The notes below the pieces were generated by a model. That model was not told the DNA's origin. It made no database searches and saw only the letters and a list, made by a program, of their open reading frames with translations. From the NCBI GenBank assembly GCA_963677895.2, contig CAXXGJ010000017.1:32001-96000 (forward strand): a stretch of 64,000 nucleotides of DNA, in the 5' to 3' direction. Positions 41,641 through 52,991 of the stretch are shown here, one piece after another. How positions within the stretch are numbered: position 1 is the first letter of the stretch; every line of letters starts with the position of its first letter. The position numbers and the translations under genes were made by a program. This DNA is from Treponemataceae bacterium (GTDB taxonomy: Bacteria; Spirochaetota; Spirochaetia; Treponematales; Rectinemataceae).

Positions 41641-41709
41641 TCAGATTTTTCTCGGCTGCGCGGTCAGATTTTTCTCGACCGCGCGATTATATTTTTTTCA
41701 GCTGCGCAA
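41641..41709. repeat. Three 23-bp tandem units; the third is the 3' end of the RluA-family gene
   Basis: tcagatttttctcggctgcgcgg / tcagatttttctcgaccgcgcga / ttatatttttttcagctgcgcaa. Confidence 0.85.
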
Positions 41710-42403
41710 TGAGCGCGCTCATATCCTTGGGTAGGGGAGCGCTCATGTCGATTTTCTTTCTGGTCACGGGATGCGAGAAAGCGAGCCTTTCGGCATGGAG
41801 GCCGGTGCGCTCCAGCAGAGGTCTCTCATCGAAGAGATCCCCTTTCCATTTGCGCTTGATCTGCGAAAGAAGGACGGGTTTGCCGTCGCCGTACAGCGGA
41901 TCAGAGACTATCGGGTAGCCGGTGGCTGCGCAGTGCACCCTCACCTGATGCGTTCTCCCCGTTTCCGGACGCACCTGTACGAGTGAAAAATCCCTGAACC
42001 TTTCGAGGGTCGTGAAGTGGCTGTATGCCGCTTTGCCCCGCTTCGAGTCCACGATGGTCCTGTGAAGCCTGTCGGCATCGGCCAGCAGCGGATCGTCGCA
42101 GTCCCATTCATCCTTTTCCGTCCTGCCTCTCACGATGGCCAGATACGATTTCTCCACGGTCCTCGAAAGGAACTGCGAGTTGAGAATCCTGTGGGATTCG
42201 GCGTCCCTGGCATAGAGGAGGACGCCGGAGGTGTCCTTGTCGATCCTGTGGACGACAAGGAGATGCCCGAAATCCTTCTCCAGGTAGGAAAGCGCGACCG
42301 GAGCGTCCGGGTCGTATCGATCGGGAATCGACAAGAGACCCGCGGGCTTGTTTATGACGACGATCGACTCGTCGGAAAATAAAATCTGTGGGCTGTTTAT
42401 CAC
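41687..42403 (-). CDS. RluA-family pseudouridine synthase
   Basis: NKPAGL, HRIDKDTSG, TGRTHQVRVH, LHA. Confidence 0.94.
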   Translation of the reverse strand: MINSPQILFSDESIVVINKPAGLLSIPDRYDPDAPVALSYLEKDFGHLLVVHRIDKDTSGVLLYARDAESHRILNSQFLSRTVEKSYLAIVRGRTEKDEWDCDDPLLADADRLHRTIVDSKRGKAAYSHFTTLERFRDFSLVQVRPETGRTHQVRVHCAATGYPIVSDPLYGDGKPVLLSQIKRKWKGDLFDERPLLERTGLHAERLAFSHPVTRKKIDMSAPLPKDMSALIAQLKKI

Positions 42404-42486
42404 GTCCTCACCTTAACATATCGGGCGTTTTTTGGAAACCTATGGTTTCCGCGGTTTCCGATCTATGCGCGACGGGAGCCCGATTT

Positions 42487-42915
42487 TCAGACAAAAATAT
42501 CCCTCGCGCGCCGCGAAACCTTGTCCAGCATCCTGCGCAGGGCCGCCCTCTCCTCAGAATCCAGCACATCGAGCGCGTCGCCCATGGATTCGGGCGCGAA
42601 GAGCCTCGCGGCGTCTATCCTGTCCAGGAGTTCCTCTCCCTGACCGGTCAAACCGAGGCGGGTGGAACGCCTGTCCTTGACCACGGAAATGCGGCGCAGC
42701 CAGCCTTTCTGAACGCACTTAAGCGCGACCAGACTGAGCGTAGGCTTGTCCATGCCGAGTTCCGAAGCGGCCGCCGACAGGTTCAGCGCCCCCATCCGCC
42801 GCGCCAGTCTGACCAAATAAAACTGGTGAAAGGTTATGCCGAAAGGCATGAGAACCTGCCCCACTCTTCTCCGCCAAAGCGCGAAAGCCATGCCCATGAA
42901 AAGATACTCGTCCAT
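42487..42915 (-). CDS. MarR-family regulator
   Basis: GITFHQF, wHTH, DRRSTRLGLT..G. Confidence 0.85.
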   Translation of the reverse strand: MDEYLFMGMAFALWRRRVGQVLMPFGITFHQFYLVRLARRMGALNLSAAASELGMDKPTLSLVALKCVQKGWLRRISVVKDRRSTRLGLTGQGEELLDRIDAARLFAPESMGDALDVLDSEERAALRRMLDKVSRRARDIFV

Positions 42916-42968
42916 GTAGTTAGTATACGAAGCATTTTACATTTTTACTAGTTTATTCTTAAAAGATC

Positions 42969-42997
42969 TTGTCATTCGGCCCGATTATGGGTATCTT
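42969..42997 (+). promoter_or_regulatory. Putative sigma70 promoter of groEL
   Basis: TTGTCA-17 nt-TATCTT. Confidence 0.5.
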
Positions 42998-43030
42998 TAA
43001 GGCGACCTTACAGGTCACCAATCCATTTAG

Positions 43031-44701
<1,671 letters not shown>

Positions 44702-44725
44702 GTCCCACTCTTTATCAGCAGTTAA

Positions 44726-44755
44726 GGGGCGTCCGAAAGGACGTCCCTTTTTTTA
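44726..44755 (+). terminator. Rho-independent terminator of groEL
   Basis: ggggcgtcc-gaaa-ggacgtccc followed by T8. Confidence 0.9.
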
Positions 44756-44852
44756 TAATTGCATACACCATTCCGCCCATGTCGCTTGCGAGAAATGTAA
44801 AGCCGTGCCGTCCATACCGGCCATGCCGCTACAACGGGACGTAATAAAATCA

Positions 44853-44870
44853 ATGTAGCAATTGCTACAT
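44853..44870. promoter_or_regulatory. Crp/Fnr-type operator TGTA-N8-TACA upstream of the island M20 gene
   Basis: Perfect 18-bp palindrome ATGTAGCAATTGCTACAT. Confidence 0.75.
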
Positions 44871-44986
44871 GACAGCTAATGATATTTTTAATCTAAGAAA
44901 AGCACCCTATTCTATTTTATATGACGGCTCTAGATTCATGGACTCGAGCTATAATTGATCGTGTTTGCTGATAAAGGAGATTGGAA

Positions 44987-46387
44987 ATGGAAGATCCACG
45001 ATACTTTTCTGAAGATTTATTAAAAAAAACCTTTGAATATGTGGATCAACATCAAATCGAGATGATTGAAGACTTAAAGAAAATATGTAGTTTCAGAAGC
45101 GTAAGTGGAGATACTGATGGGCTTGAAAAAACGAGGGATTACATTCAAGAAGAGATGGAAGGGATTGGGCTTGACGTGAGGAGACACGATGCTAAAGGCG
45201 GTAACGCCTTAATTTCCGCAGAAAAACATGGAGAAGCGCAGGATACAATCCTTTTCTATAACCACTATGATGTAGTAGAAGAAGGGAAACGTGAAAATTG
45301 GATTACTAAAGATCCATTTAGCGCACAGCTCATTGATGGAAAAATTTATGCAAGAGGAATATCAGATAACAAGGGAGGTCTTTTTTCTAGAATACATGCA
45401 ATAGAGGCAATTCTCAAAGTCTGCGGGAAGCTTCCTGCTGGAGTGAAATTCATTGTCGAAGGTGATGAAGAGACTTCGAGCCTTTCCATGTCTACTTTTG
45501 CGAAAACCAATCAAAAAGAATTTAAATTGATGAGTAAAGCAGATGTTTGTGTATGGGAAAACGGAAGAAGGGACGAAAAGGGTCACCCTTGGGCAAGGTT
45601 TGGAGTCAGAGGTAGTTGTGCCTTCGATATACGCGTAAAGACAGCAGACACAGACACGCACAGTAGAATGGGGGCAACCATACCAAGCGCATCGTGGCGA
45701 TTGGTATGGGCTTTGGCTACGCTCAAAGACAGCTGCGAAAAAATTCTTATAGAGGGTTTCTATGATAAAATAATTAAGCCGACGAAAACTGATCTAGAAG
45801 TTCTTGAAGATTTCCCATATGAGGAACAGGAGCTAATAAAAGAATTAGGTATCAGTCATTACCTTCTGGATGCCAGTGGATTAGAATTAAAAAAAAGGAT
45901 CTATTTGGAACCGTCTCTTTCTATTTGTGGAATCGAATCAGGCGAGGTTCACAACGGAGTCCGTGGGATAGTGCCTTCAAAAGCATATGCGAGGATAAGT
46001 TTCTATCTTGTTGCGGATCAGGATCCGATTGAAATTGAAAAACTATTAGCGAAGCATTTCGAAAGGCATGGGTTCTCCGATATCGAGGTTACAAGGCTTG
46101 GTGGATCAAACTACCCAGTACGCACGCCTGTTGATATTCCATTCCGTTTGCGATTAATGAAGGCAGCGGAAAAAGTATATGAAATGCCCATGGTGACAGA
46201 ATTGACTCAGCTAGGGGCAGGCCCGGCAATAATATTCAGAAACGCATGGCCGAATTTGCCAATTATAGGATTTGGACCTGCAAATACAAACGGAAACCAC
46301 CATGCACCAAACGAAAACCTTAAAATCGTGGATTATTTCCAAGCTATCAAACATATTATTGCCCTGCTATTTTCTTATGCGGAGTAG
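44987..46387 (+). CDS. M20/M25/M40 metallo-dipeptidase or deacylase
   Basis: YNHYDVV, ARGISDNKG, EGDEE, HAPNE; AGGAG RBS before ATG 44987. Confidence 0.9.
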   Translation: MEDPRYFSEDLLKKTFEYVDQHQIEMIEDLKKICSFRSVSGDTDGLEKTRDYIQEEMEGIGLDVRRHDAKGGNALISAEKHGEAQDTILFYNHYDVVEEGKRENWITKDPFSAQLIDGKIYARGISDNKGGLFSRIHAIEAILKVCGKLPAGVKFIVEGDEETSSLSMSTFAKTNQKEFKLMSKADVCVWENGRRDEKGHPWARFGVRGSCAFDIRVKTADTDTHSRMGATIPSASWRLVWALATLKDSCEKILIEGFYDKIIKPTKTDLEVLEDFPYEEQELIKELGISHYLLDASGLELKKRIYLEPSLSICGIESGEVHNGVRGIVPSKAYARISFYLVADQDPIEIEKLLAKHFERHGFSDIEVTRLGGSNYPVRTPVDIPFRLRLMKAAEKVYEMPMVTELTQLGAGPAIIFRNAWPNLPIIGFGPANTNGNHHAPNENLKIVDYFQAIKHIIALLFSYAE

Positions 46388-46401
46388 GCACATGAATATA
46401 T

Positions 46402-47097
46402 CTACTCTGCATCGCTATCATTATCTAGGCGCGCTATCGTTCCTGAATGGATTTGTATCCTAGAGTTTAGAGTCCTTAAATCTCCATCCTTCAATGCTGT
46501 GGCGATCAAGCGGCTGATGGTAACTCTATTTACGCCTAAAATCGCGGCAATCTCTTGATGACTATATGATATTTTTAGCTCGTGCCAGTGATCATCAATT
46601 ATTAAGGTTGGTTTTATTGAGGCGGCAAAAAGCTTTAGAAGCCTATCCTTTGCTGTGTCAAATACAATGCTCTCTAGTTCTCTTCGTAAAAGATCGTTCT
46701 TGGTAGTACTACTGTGAAGTAATTCGTTAGAGAATTCCGGATACTGTAGCAACTTATCATAGCATTTACGATCGATTACATACAAAACGGTCGGGATCTC
46801 AGTGATGGAAAACCTTTCTGCAAGCATATTCGGGGTATGACGGACGAATACTCCTTCCCTTAAAAACCATCCATTATTCAATATATAAGATATTTTCTCT
46901 ACACCATCATTATTTATCATATAGTGTCGTGTTCGGCCTGTATGTATATAATATATAGAATCAATTATATCGCCTGGGTTTACAAATATCTTCTTTCCAG
47001 GTAGCTCCCTACGTTTGGCGTATCTAGCTATCAATTCGTTTACTTCCAGGTTTGCGCAGCTAGGAAAGTCAACCAAAACATAACTCTTATTGTACAA
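46402..47097 (-). CDS. Crp/Fnr-family transcriptional regulator
   Basis: cNMP-like barrel (YYIHTG...DGVEK); HTH SHQEIAAILGVNRVTISR; TTG start with AAGGAG RBS. Confidence 0.9.
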   Translation of the reverse strand: MYNKSYVLVDFPSCANLEVNELIARYAKRRELPGKKIFVNPGDIIDSIYYIHTGRTRHYMINNDGVEKISYILNNGWFLREGVFVRHTPNMLAERFSITEIPTVLYVIDRKCYDKLLQYPEFSNELLHSSTTKNDLLRRELESIVFDTAKDRLLKLFAASIKPTLIIDDHWHELKISYSHQEIAAILGVNRVTISRLIATALKDGDLRTLNSRIQIHSGTIARLDNDSDAE

Positions 47098-47242
47098 TCA
47101 GATCTCCTTGCAAGATTTTTCTCTATTTTCAGCAAAAACCTAGCTTTATGCTGAAAACATTGTAGAAGGAGTATAGTATTATAGAATGCTCTCAGTCAAT
47201 AAATAGATATATTTCTATATCTTAATTATATTTATTACATTT

Positions 47243-47260
47243 TAGTAACAATTGCTACAT
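47243..47260. promoter_or_regulatory. Second GTA-N8-TAC operator upstream of the M28-dpp operon
   Basis: TAGTAACAATTGCTACAT, 15/18 identical to the box at 44853. Confidence 0.72.
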
Positions 47261-47356
47261 TGAAACGGATGATATTTCCTTTAAAAAAAATGGCCCTATA
47301 CTAAAAATCCAGGAATCTTTCGGATACTCGTTAAAACCTCTAAATTCGGGGAGTCT

Positions 47357-49123
47357 ATGGTTAATCCAGGCGACAGCAATGAACTATTCGATGCCCTAAG
47401 TGGTAAATTCTCGATGGATAATGTTATACAGTCGGTTAATTATTTCAATACCCTTCAAAGATATACCGGGACAGAGGAAAGCGATATTGCTGCCAAATAT
47501 ATAATTAATAAGATGCACGAATATGGAACTGAAGTACATGAATATGAATATAACGCATATGTCAGCCGGCCTTTGAACGCATCTATACACATGGGAGCTC
47601 AACATTTTAAGGCAATTGCAGCGGTCTATAGCGGAGACGCCAGCCAACTACAAGGTGAAATTGTTTACATAAAGGACTCAAAGCAACTTGCAGAACATGG
47701 TAGGCTAAACAAGGATGCTCATAATATTGCTAAAGGTAAGGTAATCCTTATCAATAAAGTTGAGGATGGATTCGCAAAAATAGCATCTGATGCACAAGCT
47801 TTGGCAGTAATCCAAATACAAGAATCCAAGGAAGACCTAATCCACCATTCAACGGTCGGCACTGTATGGGGAACGCCTTGCTTGAATGATATTGATAAAT
47901 TCCCCTATATCCCCTACGTTTTTGTAACATATTCAGATGGTCAAGAAATGATCACAAATATTATGAACAAAAATTATACTGTAAGTATTACCGTCGTAAT
48001 GGATAATTCAGTAAAAAAAAGCATGATGCCAGTCGCTAGAATTAGCGGAAAGAGCGATAAATTCGTCCTTATATCAGCACACTATGATTCATGGTATGAA
48101 GGAATTACAGATAACGCAATTAGTGATGCGATACTTATCGAGTATGCTAGGATTTTTAGCGAAAATAAGACGAAGCTGAATCGAAGTATTGTAATTGGAT
48201 GGTGGTCTGGTCATTCAGATGGACGATACGCTGGTTCAACCTGGTACTGCGACAATCTTTGGGAGGACTTATCAAAGAATTGCATAGCGCATTTTAATAT
48301 CGACTTAGCAGGCTGTAAAAATTCCGATCAAATTAGAGCAAGAACAACGTTGATGGAAGGAGAAATTTTTACCTCTCAGTTGATCAAAAAATATACGGGA
48401 AATGATACAATGCCTTCAATTTTTATGCCTCGAGCAGCCGATCAATCATTTTGGGGAGCAAAAATTCCTATTTCAATAATGTTGAAATATGAACCCTTAC
48501 CCAAGAACTGTGATTTTTCATGCCCAAGCGGCGGTGTCTGGTGGCATACTGATTGTGACACCATAGATAAAATGGATCGTAAAATTACAGCTCGTGATAT
48601 GCTTATTAATGCTGAAATGATATGCTCAGTGTTAAATAGTAAACATATACCTATTCAAATCGTCGATTATATTACACAGATTAGCACTTATTTATATACT
48701 ATTTCGAATTCGGTTTCTGATACCAACATATTCGAGCCGGTATTCAAAAATTTAGCAAATTTAAAACGAAAAGTAATATCGCTCTATGACTCCCCAGAAT
48801 TTGAGCGGACTGATAACGATGATATAGTTAAATACATCGGCGGAGAACTTGTACGTTTGACTTATTCATATAGCAGTCAATATTACCAAGATTCGGCAGC
48901 AAAAATGGAACGTTTCCCGCTAATAAAAAAATCATTATCCATTCTTGAAAACTCAAATGAGGAAGATATCAAACTTTTCGCCATGACTGATCTTATTAGG
49001 CAAAGAAATCGACTTGCTGGACAGATTGACCATCTAGCGATGATTCTCGATAATTTTCTGTTTCGCTTAAGGACAGAAGCTTTGAATGAGCCTTCATTAA
49101 TGGGGAGTGAATCTAATGTATAG
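47357..49123 (+). CDS. M28-family peptidase with PA domain and atypical active site
   Basis: ISAHYDSW, TDNA, WWSGHSDG in place of GEExG, NID, WHT.CDT. Confidence 0.82.
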   Translation: MVNPGDSNELFDALSGKFSMDNVIQSVNYFNTLQRYTGTEESDIAAKYIINKMHEYGTEVHEYEYNAYVSRPLNASIHMGAQHFKAIAAVYSGDASQLQGEIVYIKDSKQLAEHGRLNKDAHNIAKGKVILINKVEDGFAKIASDAQALAVIQIQESKEDLIHHSTVGTVWGTPCLNDIDKFPYIPYVFVTYSDGQEMITNIMNKNYTVSITVVMDNSVKKSMMPVARISGKSDKFVLISAHYDSWYEGITDNAISDAILIEYARIFSENKTKLNRSIVIGWWSGHSDGRYAGSTWYCDNLWEDLSKNCIAHFNIDLAGCKNSDQIRARTTLMEGEIFTSQLIKKYTGNDTMPSIFMPRAADQSFWGAKIPISIMLKYEPLPKNCDFSCPSGGVWWHTDCDTIDKMDRKITARDMLINAEMICSVLNSKHIPIQIVDYITQISTYLYTISNSVSDTNIFEPVFKNLANLKRKVISLYDSPEFERTDNDDIVKYIGGELVRLTYSYSSQYYQDSAAKMERFPLIKKSLSILENSNEEDIKLFAMTDLIRQRNRLAGQIDHLAMILDNFLFRLRTEALNEPSLMGSESNV

Positions 49124-50060
49124 ATACGTATTACGCAGGCTCATCATGCTTATTCCGGTGCTCTTGGGCGCAACATTCATAGTCTTTTTTATTATGACCT
49201 TGTCACCTGAGGATCCTGCGCTCATCATTCTTGGCGCTGATGCGACACCAGAATCTGTTACTCAACTTCATACTGAACTGGGCCTAGATAAACCGCTTTT
49301 AGTAAGATATTCGACCTTCATAGTTAACCTATTAAGAGGCGATCTTGGCAAATCGTATAAAAACAACCTTGATGTAATGAGCCAGATCCTGGACAAGCTC
49401 CCCAATACAATTCTATTGGCTTTTACCGGCGTAGTAATTGCCGTTTTAATCGGAATACCGGTAGGAATTCTATCCGCTAAAAAACAGTATAGTCTTTTCG
49501 ATAATGTAGCGATGATCCTTACTCTGATCTTGGCTGCTTCTCCGGCTTTCTGGTTTGGATTGATGCTTGTGATCATCTTTTCTTTAAATCTTGGATGGTT
49601 TCCTTCAGCGGGTATGGGAAGTGGATTTTTCAGTGCTATAAGAAGCTTGGTATTACCAGCAGTTACGTTATGCGGCAGTACTGCGGCACTTATCGCGAGA
49701 ACAACTAGATCATCAATGTTGGAAGTTATAAGACAAGACTATATAGACACCGCGCGGTCAAAAGGGGTGAAACAGTCGAAAATTACCATACACCATGAGC
49801 TTAAGAACGCTCTTATCCCGATTGTAACTGTAATAGGGCTGCAATTTGGTGTGCTTCTTGGTGGATCAGTCATGACAGAATCTGTTTTTTCATGGCCTGG
49901 TGTAGGGAGATTCGTAGTTGAAGCTATTAAGAGCAAGGATATTCCGAATGTGCTCGGTTCTGTGGTGATGTTATCTATATTATTCACGGTTATAAATCTG
50001 TTGGTGGATATCCTTTATGCGTTCATCGATCCAAGAATCAAATCGCAATACAAACATTAG
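49116..50060 (+). CDS. dppB: Dipeptide/oligopeptide ABC permease, B subunit
   Basis: RRL, LGLDKP, GDLGKS, LPNT, DYIDTARSKG, DPRI. Confidence 0.9.
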   Translation: MYRYVLRRLIMLIPVLLGATFIVFFIMTLSPEDPALIILGADATPESVTQLHTELGLDKPLLVRYSTFIVNLLRGDLGKSYKNNLDVMSQILDKLPNTILLAFTGVVIAVLIGIPVGILSAKKQYSLFDNVAMILTLILAASPAFWFGLMLVIIFSLNLGWFPSAGMGSGFFSAIRSLVLPAVTLCGSTAALIARTTRSSMLEVIRQDYIDTARSKGVKQSKITIHHELKNALIPIVTVIGLQFGVLLGGSVMTESVFSWPGVGRFVVEAIKSKDIPNVLGSVVMLSILFTVINLLVDILYAFIDPRIKSQYKH

Positions 50061-50071
50061 CAGGAGATATC

Positions 50072-50971
50072 ATGCGAAAAGCCATAAGCAAGCAAGGAGC
50101 CGAAAGCCGAACGCTCTGGCAGGAATCATTGATACGATTCAAACGGAACAAAATGGCGATTGTTGGCTTAGCTCTGATCCTCATCCTCATAGCAATATCT
50201 ATCGGGACTATTGTCATAGATGCTGTGGATGGAGGCAACATATACACAAAATATGTAATTAAGCAAAATCTTCAAAAGCGCCTTATGAAACCATCTTTAG
50301 AAAACATTTTTGGCTGTGATGAATATGGTAGAAGCATCCTATTTAGGATGATATGGGGAACCCGATATTCCTTGTTTGTAGGAGTGATGGCAATAGTAAT
50401 CGCAACGTTAAGCGGCGGGCTTATCGGCGCCGTAGCAGGATATTATGGCGGGAAAATCGACAATCTTTTAATGAGAGTTATGGATGTATTTTTAGCAATT
50501 CCGTCTATGGTGCTTGCGATTGCGGTAGTCGCAGCTTTGGGAACAAGCATGTTTAACCTGCTTCTATCGATTGCGGTACCTCAAATTCCCAGATTTGCCC
50601 GAATCGTTCGCGCTTCAGTGATGTCGGTGAGGGACAAAGAATTCATCGAAGCCTCCCGAGCGGTTGGAGCCAACGATATTACGCTAATCATGAAATATAT
50701 CCTTCCAAACGCGATGGCTCCTATAATCGTACAAGCAACATTAGGCACAGCGAATGCGATCTTGTCGATAGCAGGTCTTTCATACCTAGGACTTGGGATA
50801 CAACCTCCCATACCTGAATGGGGTGCCATATTGACCTCCGCAAAAATGTACATGCGCGATGCATGGCATATTTCGGTAATACCAGGTCTTGGGATTATGA
50901 TAACAATCCTGGCGCTGAATCTATTTGGTGATGGTCTCCGTGATGCGCTCGATCCAAAGCTAAAGAAGTAA
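50072..50971 (+). CDS. dppC: Dipeptide/oligopeptide ABC permease, C subunit
   Basis: FGCDEYGR, EFIEASRAVGA, PPIPEWG, GDGLRDALDP. Confidence 0.9.
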   Translation: MRKAISKQGAESRTLWQESLIRFKRNKMAIVGLALILILIAISIGTIVIDAVDGGNIYTKYVIKQNLQKRLMKPSLENIFGCDEYGRSILFRMIWGTRYSLFVGVMAIVIATLSGGLIGAVAGYYGGKIDNLLMRVMDVFLAIPSMVLAIAVVAALGTSMFNLLLSIAVPQIPRFARIVRASVMSVRDKEFIEASRAVGANDITLIMKYILPNAMAPIIVQATLGTANAILSIAGLSYLGLGIQPPIPEWGAILTSAKMYMRDAWHISVIPGLGIMITILALNLFGDGLRDALDPKLKK

Positions 50972-50987
50972 ACGGAGATGAAAAAAT

Positions 50988-51986
50988 ATGAGTGACATAC
51001 TTGCAGTAAAAGGTATCGATATAGTCTATGAAACACAGGATGGGGTTGTCCATGCGTTAAATGGAATTGATCTTACTCTGAAGGAAGGATCATCCGTAGG
51101 GCTTGTTGGCGAGACCGGGGCAGGAAAAACAACCCTAGCAAAAGGTATAATGAAACTTACACGAAGCCCTCCTGGAAAAATTCGAAAAGGAAAGATCCTT
51201 TATCAGGACACGGATATTTTAACGCTCGATGATGAAAAAACCCGTGAATTGCGCGGAAAAGAAATATCAATGATATTCCAGGATCCGATGACTTCACTCA
51301 ACCCGGTGATGACAGTAGGGGAACAAATAGCCGAAGCAGTAATTACCCATAAGAAGGTATCCAGCAACGAAGCGATGGAAGAAGCCCAGGATATGCTGGA
51401 ACTAGTAGGTATTCCAAAAGAACGATGCCACGAGTACCCACATCAGTTTTCCGGAGGCATGAAACAACGAGTAATTATTGCTATAGCGCTGACATGTAAC
51501 CCGAAAGTATTAATAGCAGATGAACCAACCACAGCCTTAGATGTGACCATACAGGCTCAAGTACTGGATTTGATGAATAATCTGCGGTCAAAGTTAAAAA
51601 CTACTATGTTGTTGATTACCCATGACCTCGGCGTTGTTGCCCAAAATTGTGAATATGTCGCCGTCATCTACGCTGGAGAGATAGTAGAGTACGGTACGGT
51701 GCATGAAGTCTTCAAGAACATGAAACACCCATATACCGTAGGATTATTCAACTCTCTGCCTAGTCTGACTAAAACAGTCAGGAGACTGATCCCAATCGAA
51801 GGCTTAATGCCGGACCCTATGAATCTTCCAAATGGATGCAAATTCAGTACTAGGTGCAAATGGGCTACAGAGCTATGCAACGAAGAGCATCCTGAGATGG
51901 TCGCGGTAGACGGGGAGCACATCGTTCGATGTTTTATTCAAGAAGGAAAGGTCAGAAAAGAGGTAAATGATGATACAGAAAAATAA
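50988..51986 (+). CDS. dppD: Dipeptide/oligopeptide ABC ATPase, D subunit
   Basis: [36 protein letters not shown]-terminal Cys motif. Confidence 0.9.
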   Translation: MSDILAVKGIDIVYETQDGVVHALNGIDLTLKEGSSVGLVGETGAGKTTLAKGIMKLTRSPPGKIRKGKILYQDTDILTLDDEKTRELRGKEISMIFQDPMTSLNPVMTVGEQIAEAVITHKKVSSNEAMEEAQDMLELVGIPKERCHEYPHQFSGGMKQRVIIAIALTCNPKVLIADEPTTALDVTIQAQVLDLMNNLRSKLKTTMLLITHDLGVVAQNCEYVAVIYAGEIVEYGTVHEVFKNMKHPYTVGLFNSLPSLTKTVRRLIPIEGLMPDPMNLPNGCKFSTRCKWATELCNEEHPEMVAVDGEHIVRCFIQEGKVRKEVNDDTEK

Positions 51987-52962
51987 TATCCTTGAAGTAA
52001 GGAGGTTAAAAAAATACTTCCCTACTCCGAAAGGACTTTTACATGCGGTGGATGACCTTTCTTTTAATATTAAGGAAGGTGAAACCCTCGGTGTCGTAGG
52101 AGAGTCCGGATGTGGCAAATCTACTTTAGGAAGAGTTATATTAAGGCTGCATGAAGCCACGGATGGGGAAGTTTTGTTCGATGGCGATAATATCTTAAAA
52201 TATTCAAAAAACAGAATGAAAAATCTCAGAAAAAAGATGCAGATTATTTTCCAGGATCCTTATGCATCATTAAACCCACGCCTGACTGTAAGTCAGGCTA
52301 TCGAAGCCCCTTTGCTCATACAAAACGTTTTCAAGCCTACGCAGAAGTCAGATTTGCAAAAAAGGGTTTTTGAAATAATGGATCTTGTCGGGCTGGCCAG
52401 AAGGTTGGTAAACACTTATCCACATGAACTTGATGGAGGAAGACGGCAGAGAATAGGTATCGCGCGGGCACTTGTTCTAAATCCAAAATTCATTGTTTGC
52501 GATGAGCCAGTTTCAGCTTTGGATGTATCCATACGTGCGCAGATATTGAATTTGATGCAGGACCTCCAAGAACAACTTGGGTTGACATATCTTTTCATCA
52601 CCCATGACTTGAGCGTAGTTAAGCATCTATCCAGCAATATTCTGGTTATGTACCTAGGACAGATCGTAGAAATGGCGAAGCCTGATGATTTATTCAAAAC
52701 ACCAATCCATCCATATACACAAGCGTTATTGTCCGCGATTCCCATTCCTGACCCAGATATCAAGATGAAGCGAATGATACTCCAGGGAGAGCTGACATCT
52801 CCGATAAACCCCGCTCCTGGCTGCAGGTTCGCTAAGCGATGTATTTATGTGACGGATATTTGTTCAAAAAAAACACCTGTGCTCAGGGAAATATCAGAAA
52901 ATCATCTGGTTTCTTGCCATATCGCGGAAAGATTTGCATTAAAACCCATTATAGATGGGTGA
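51967..52962 (+). CDS. dppF: Dipeptide/oligopeptide ABC ATPase, F subunit
   Basis: GESGCGKST, LDGGRRQR, CDEPVSALD, HPYT. Confidence 0.9.
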   Translation: MMIQKNNILEVRRLKKYFPTPKGLLHAVDDLSFNIKEGETLGVVGESGCGKSTLGRVILRLHEATDGEVLFDGDNILKYSKNRMKNLRKKMQIIFQDPYASLNPRLTVSQAIEAPLLIQNVFKPTQKSDLQKRVFEIMDLVGLARRLVNTYPHELDGGRRQRIGIARALVLNPKFIVCDEPVSALDVSIRAQILNLMQDLQEQLGLTYLFITHDLSVVKHLSSNILVMYLGQIVEMAKPDDLFKTPIHPYTQALLSAIPIPDPDIKMKRMILQGELTSPINPAPGCRFAKRCIYVTDICSKKTPVLREISENHLVSCHIAERFALKPIIDG

Positions 52963-52991
52963 GCGAATATTATGTCTTTAGGAGGCAGAAG

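Noticed and set aside
41641..41709. Short repeats as a CRISPR array
   Set aside because: Units abut with no unique spacers and no cas genes are present; the same applies to 2706 and 26074
44756..44852. att site or target duplication at the island edge
   Set aside because: No matching direct repeat found by eye near 54550-54650 or 55230-55270
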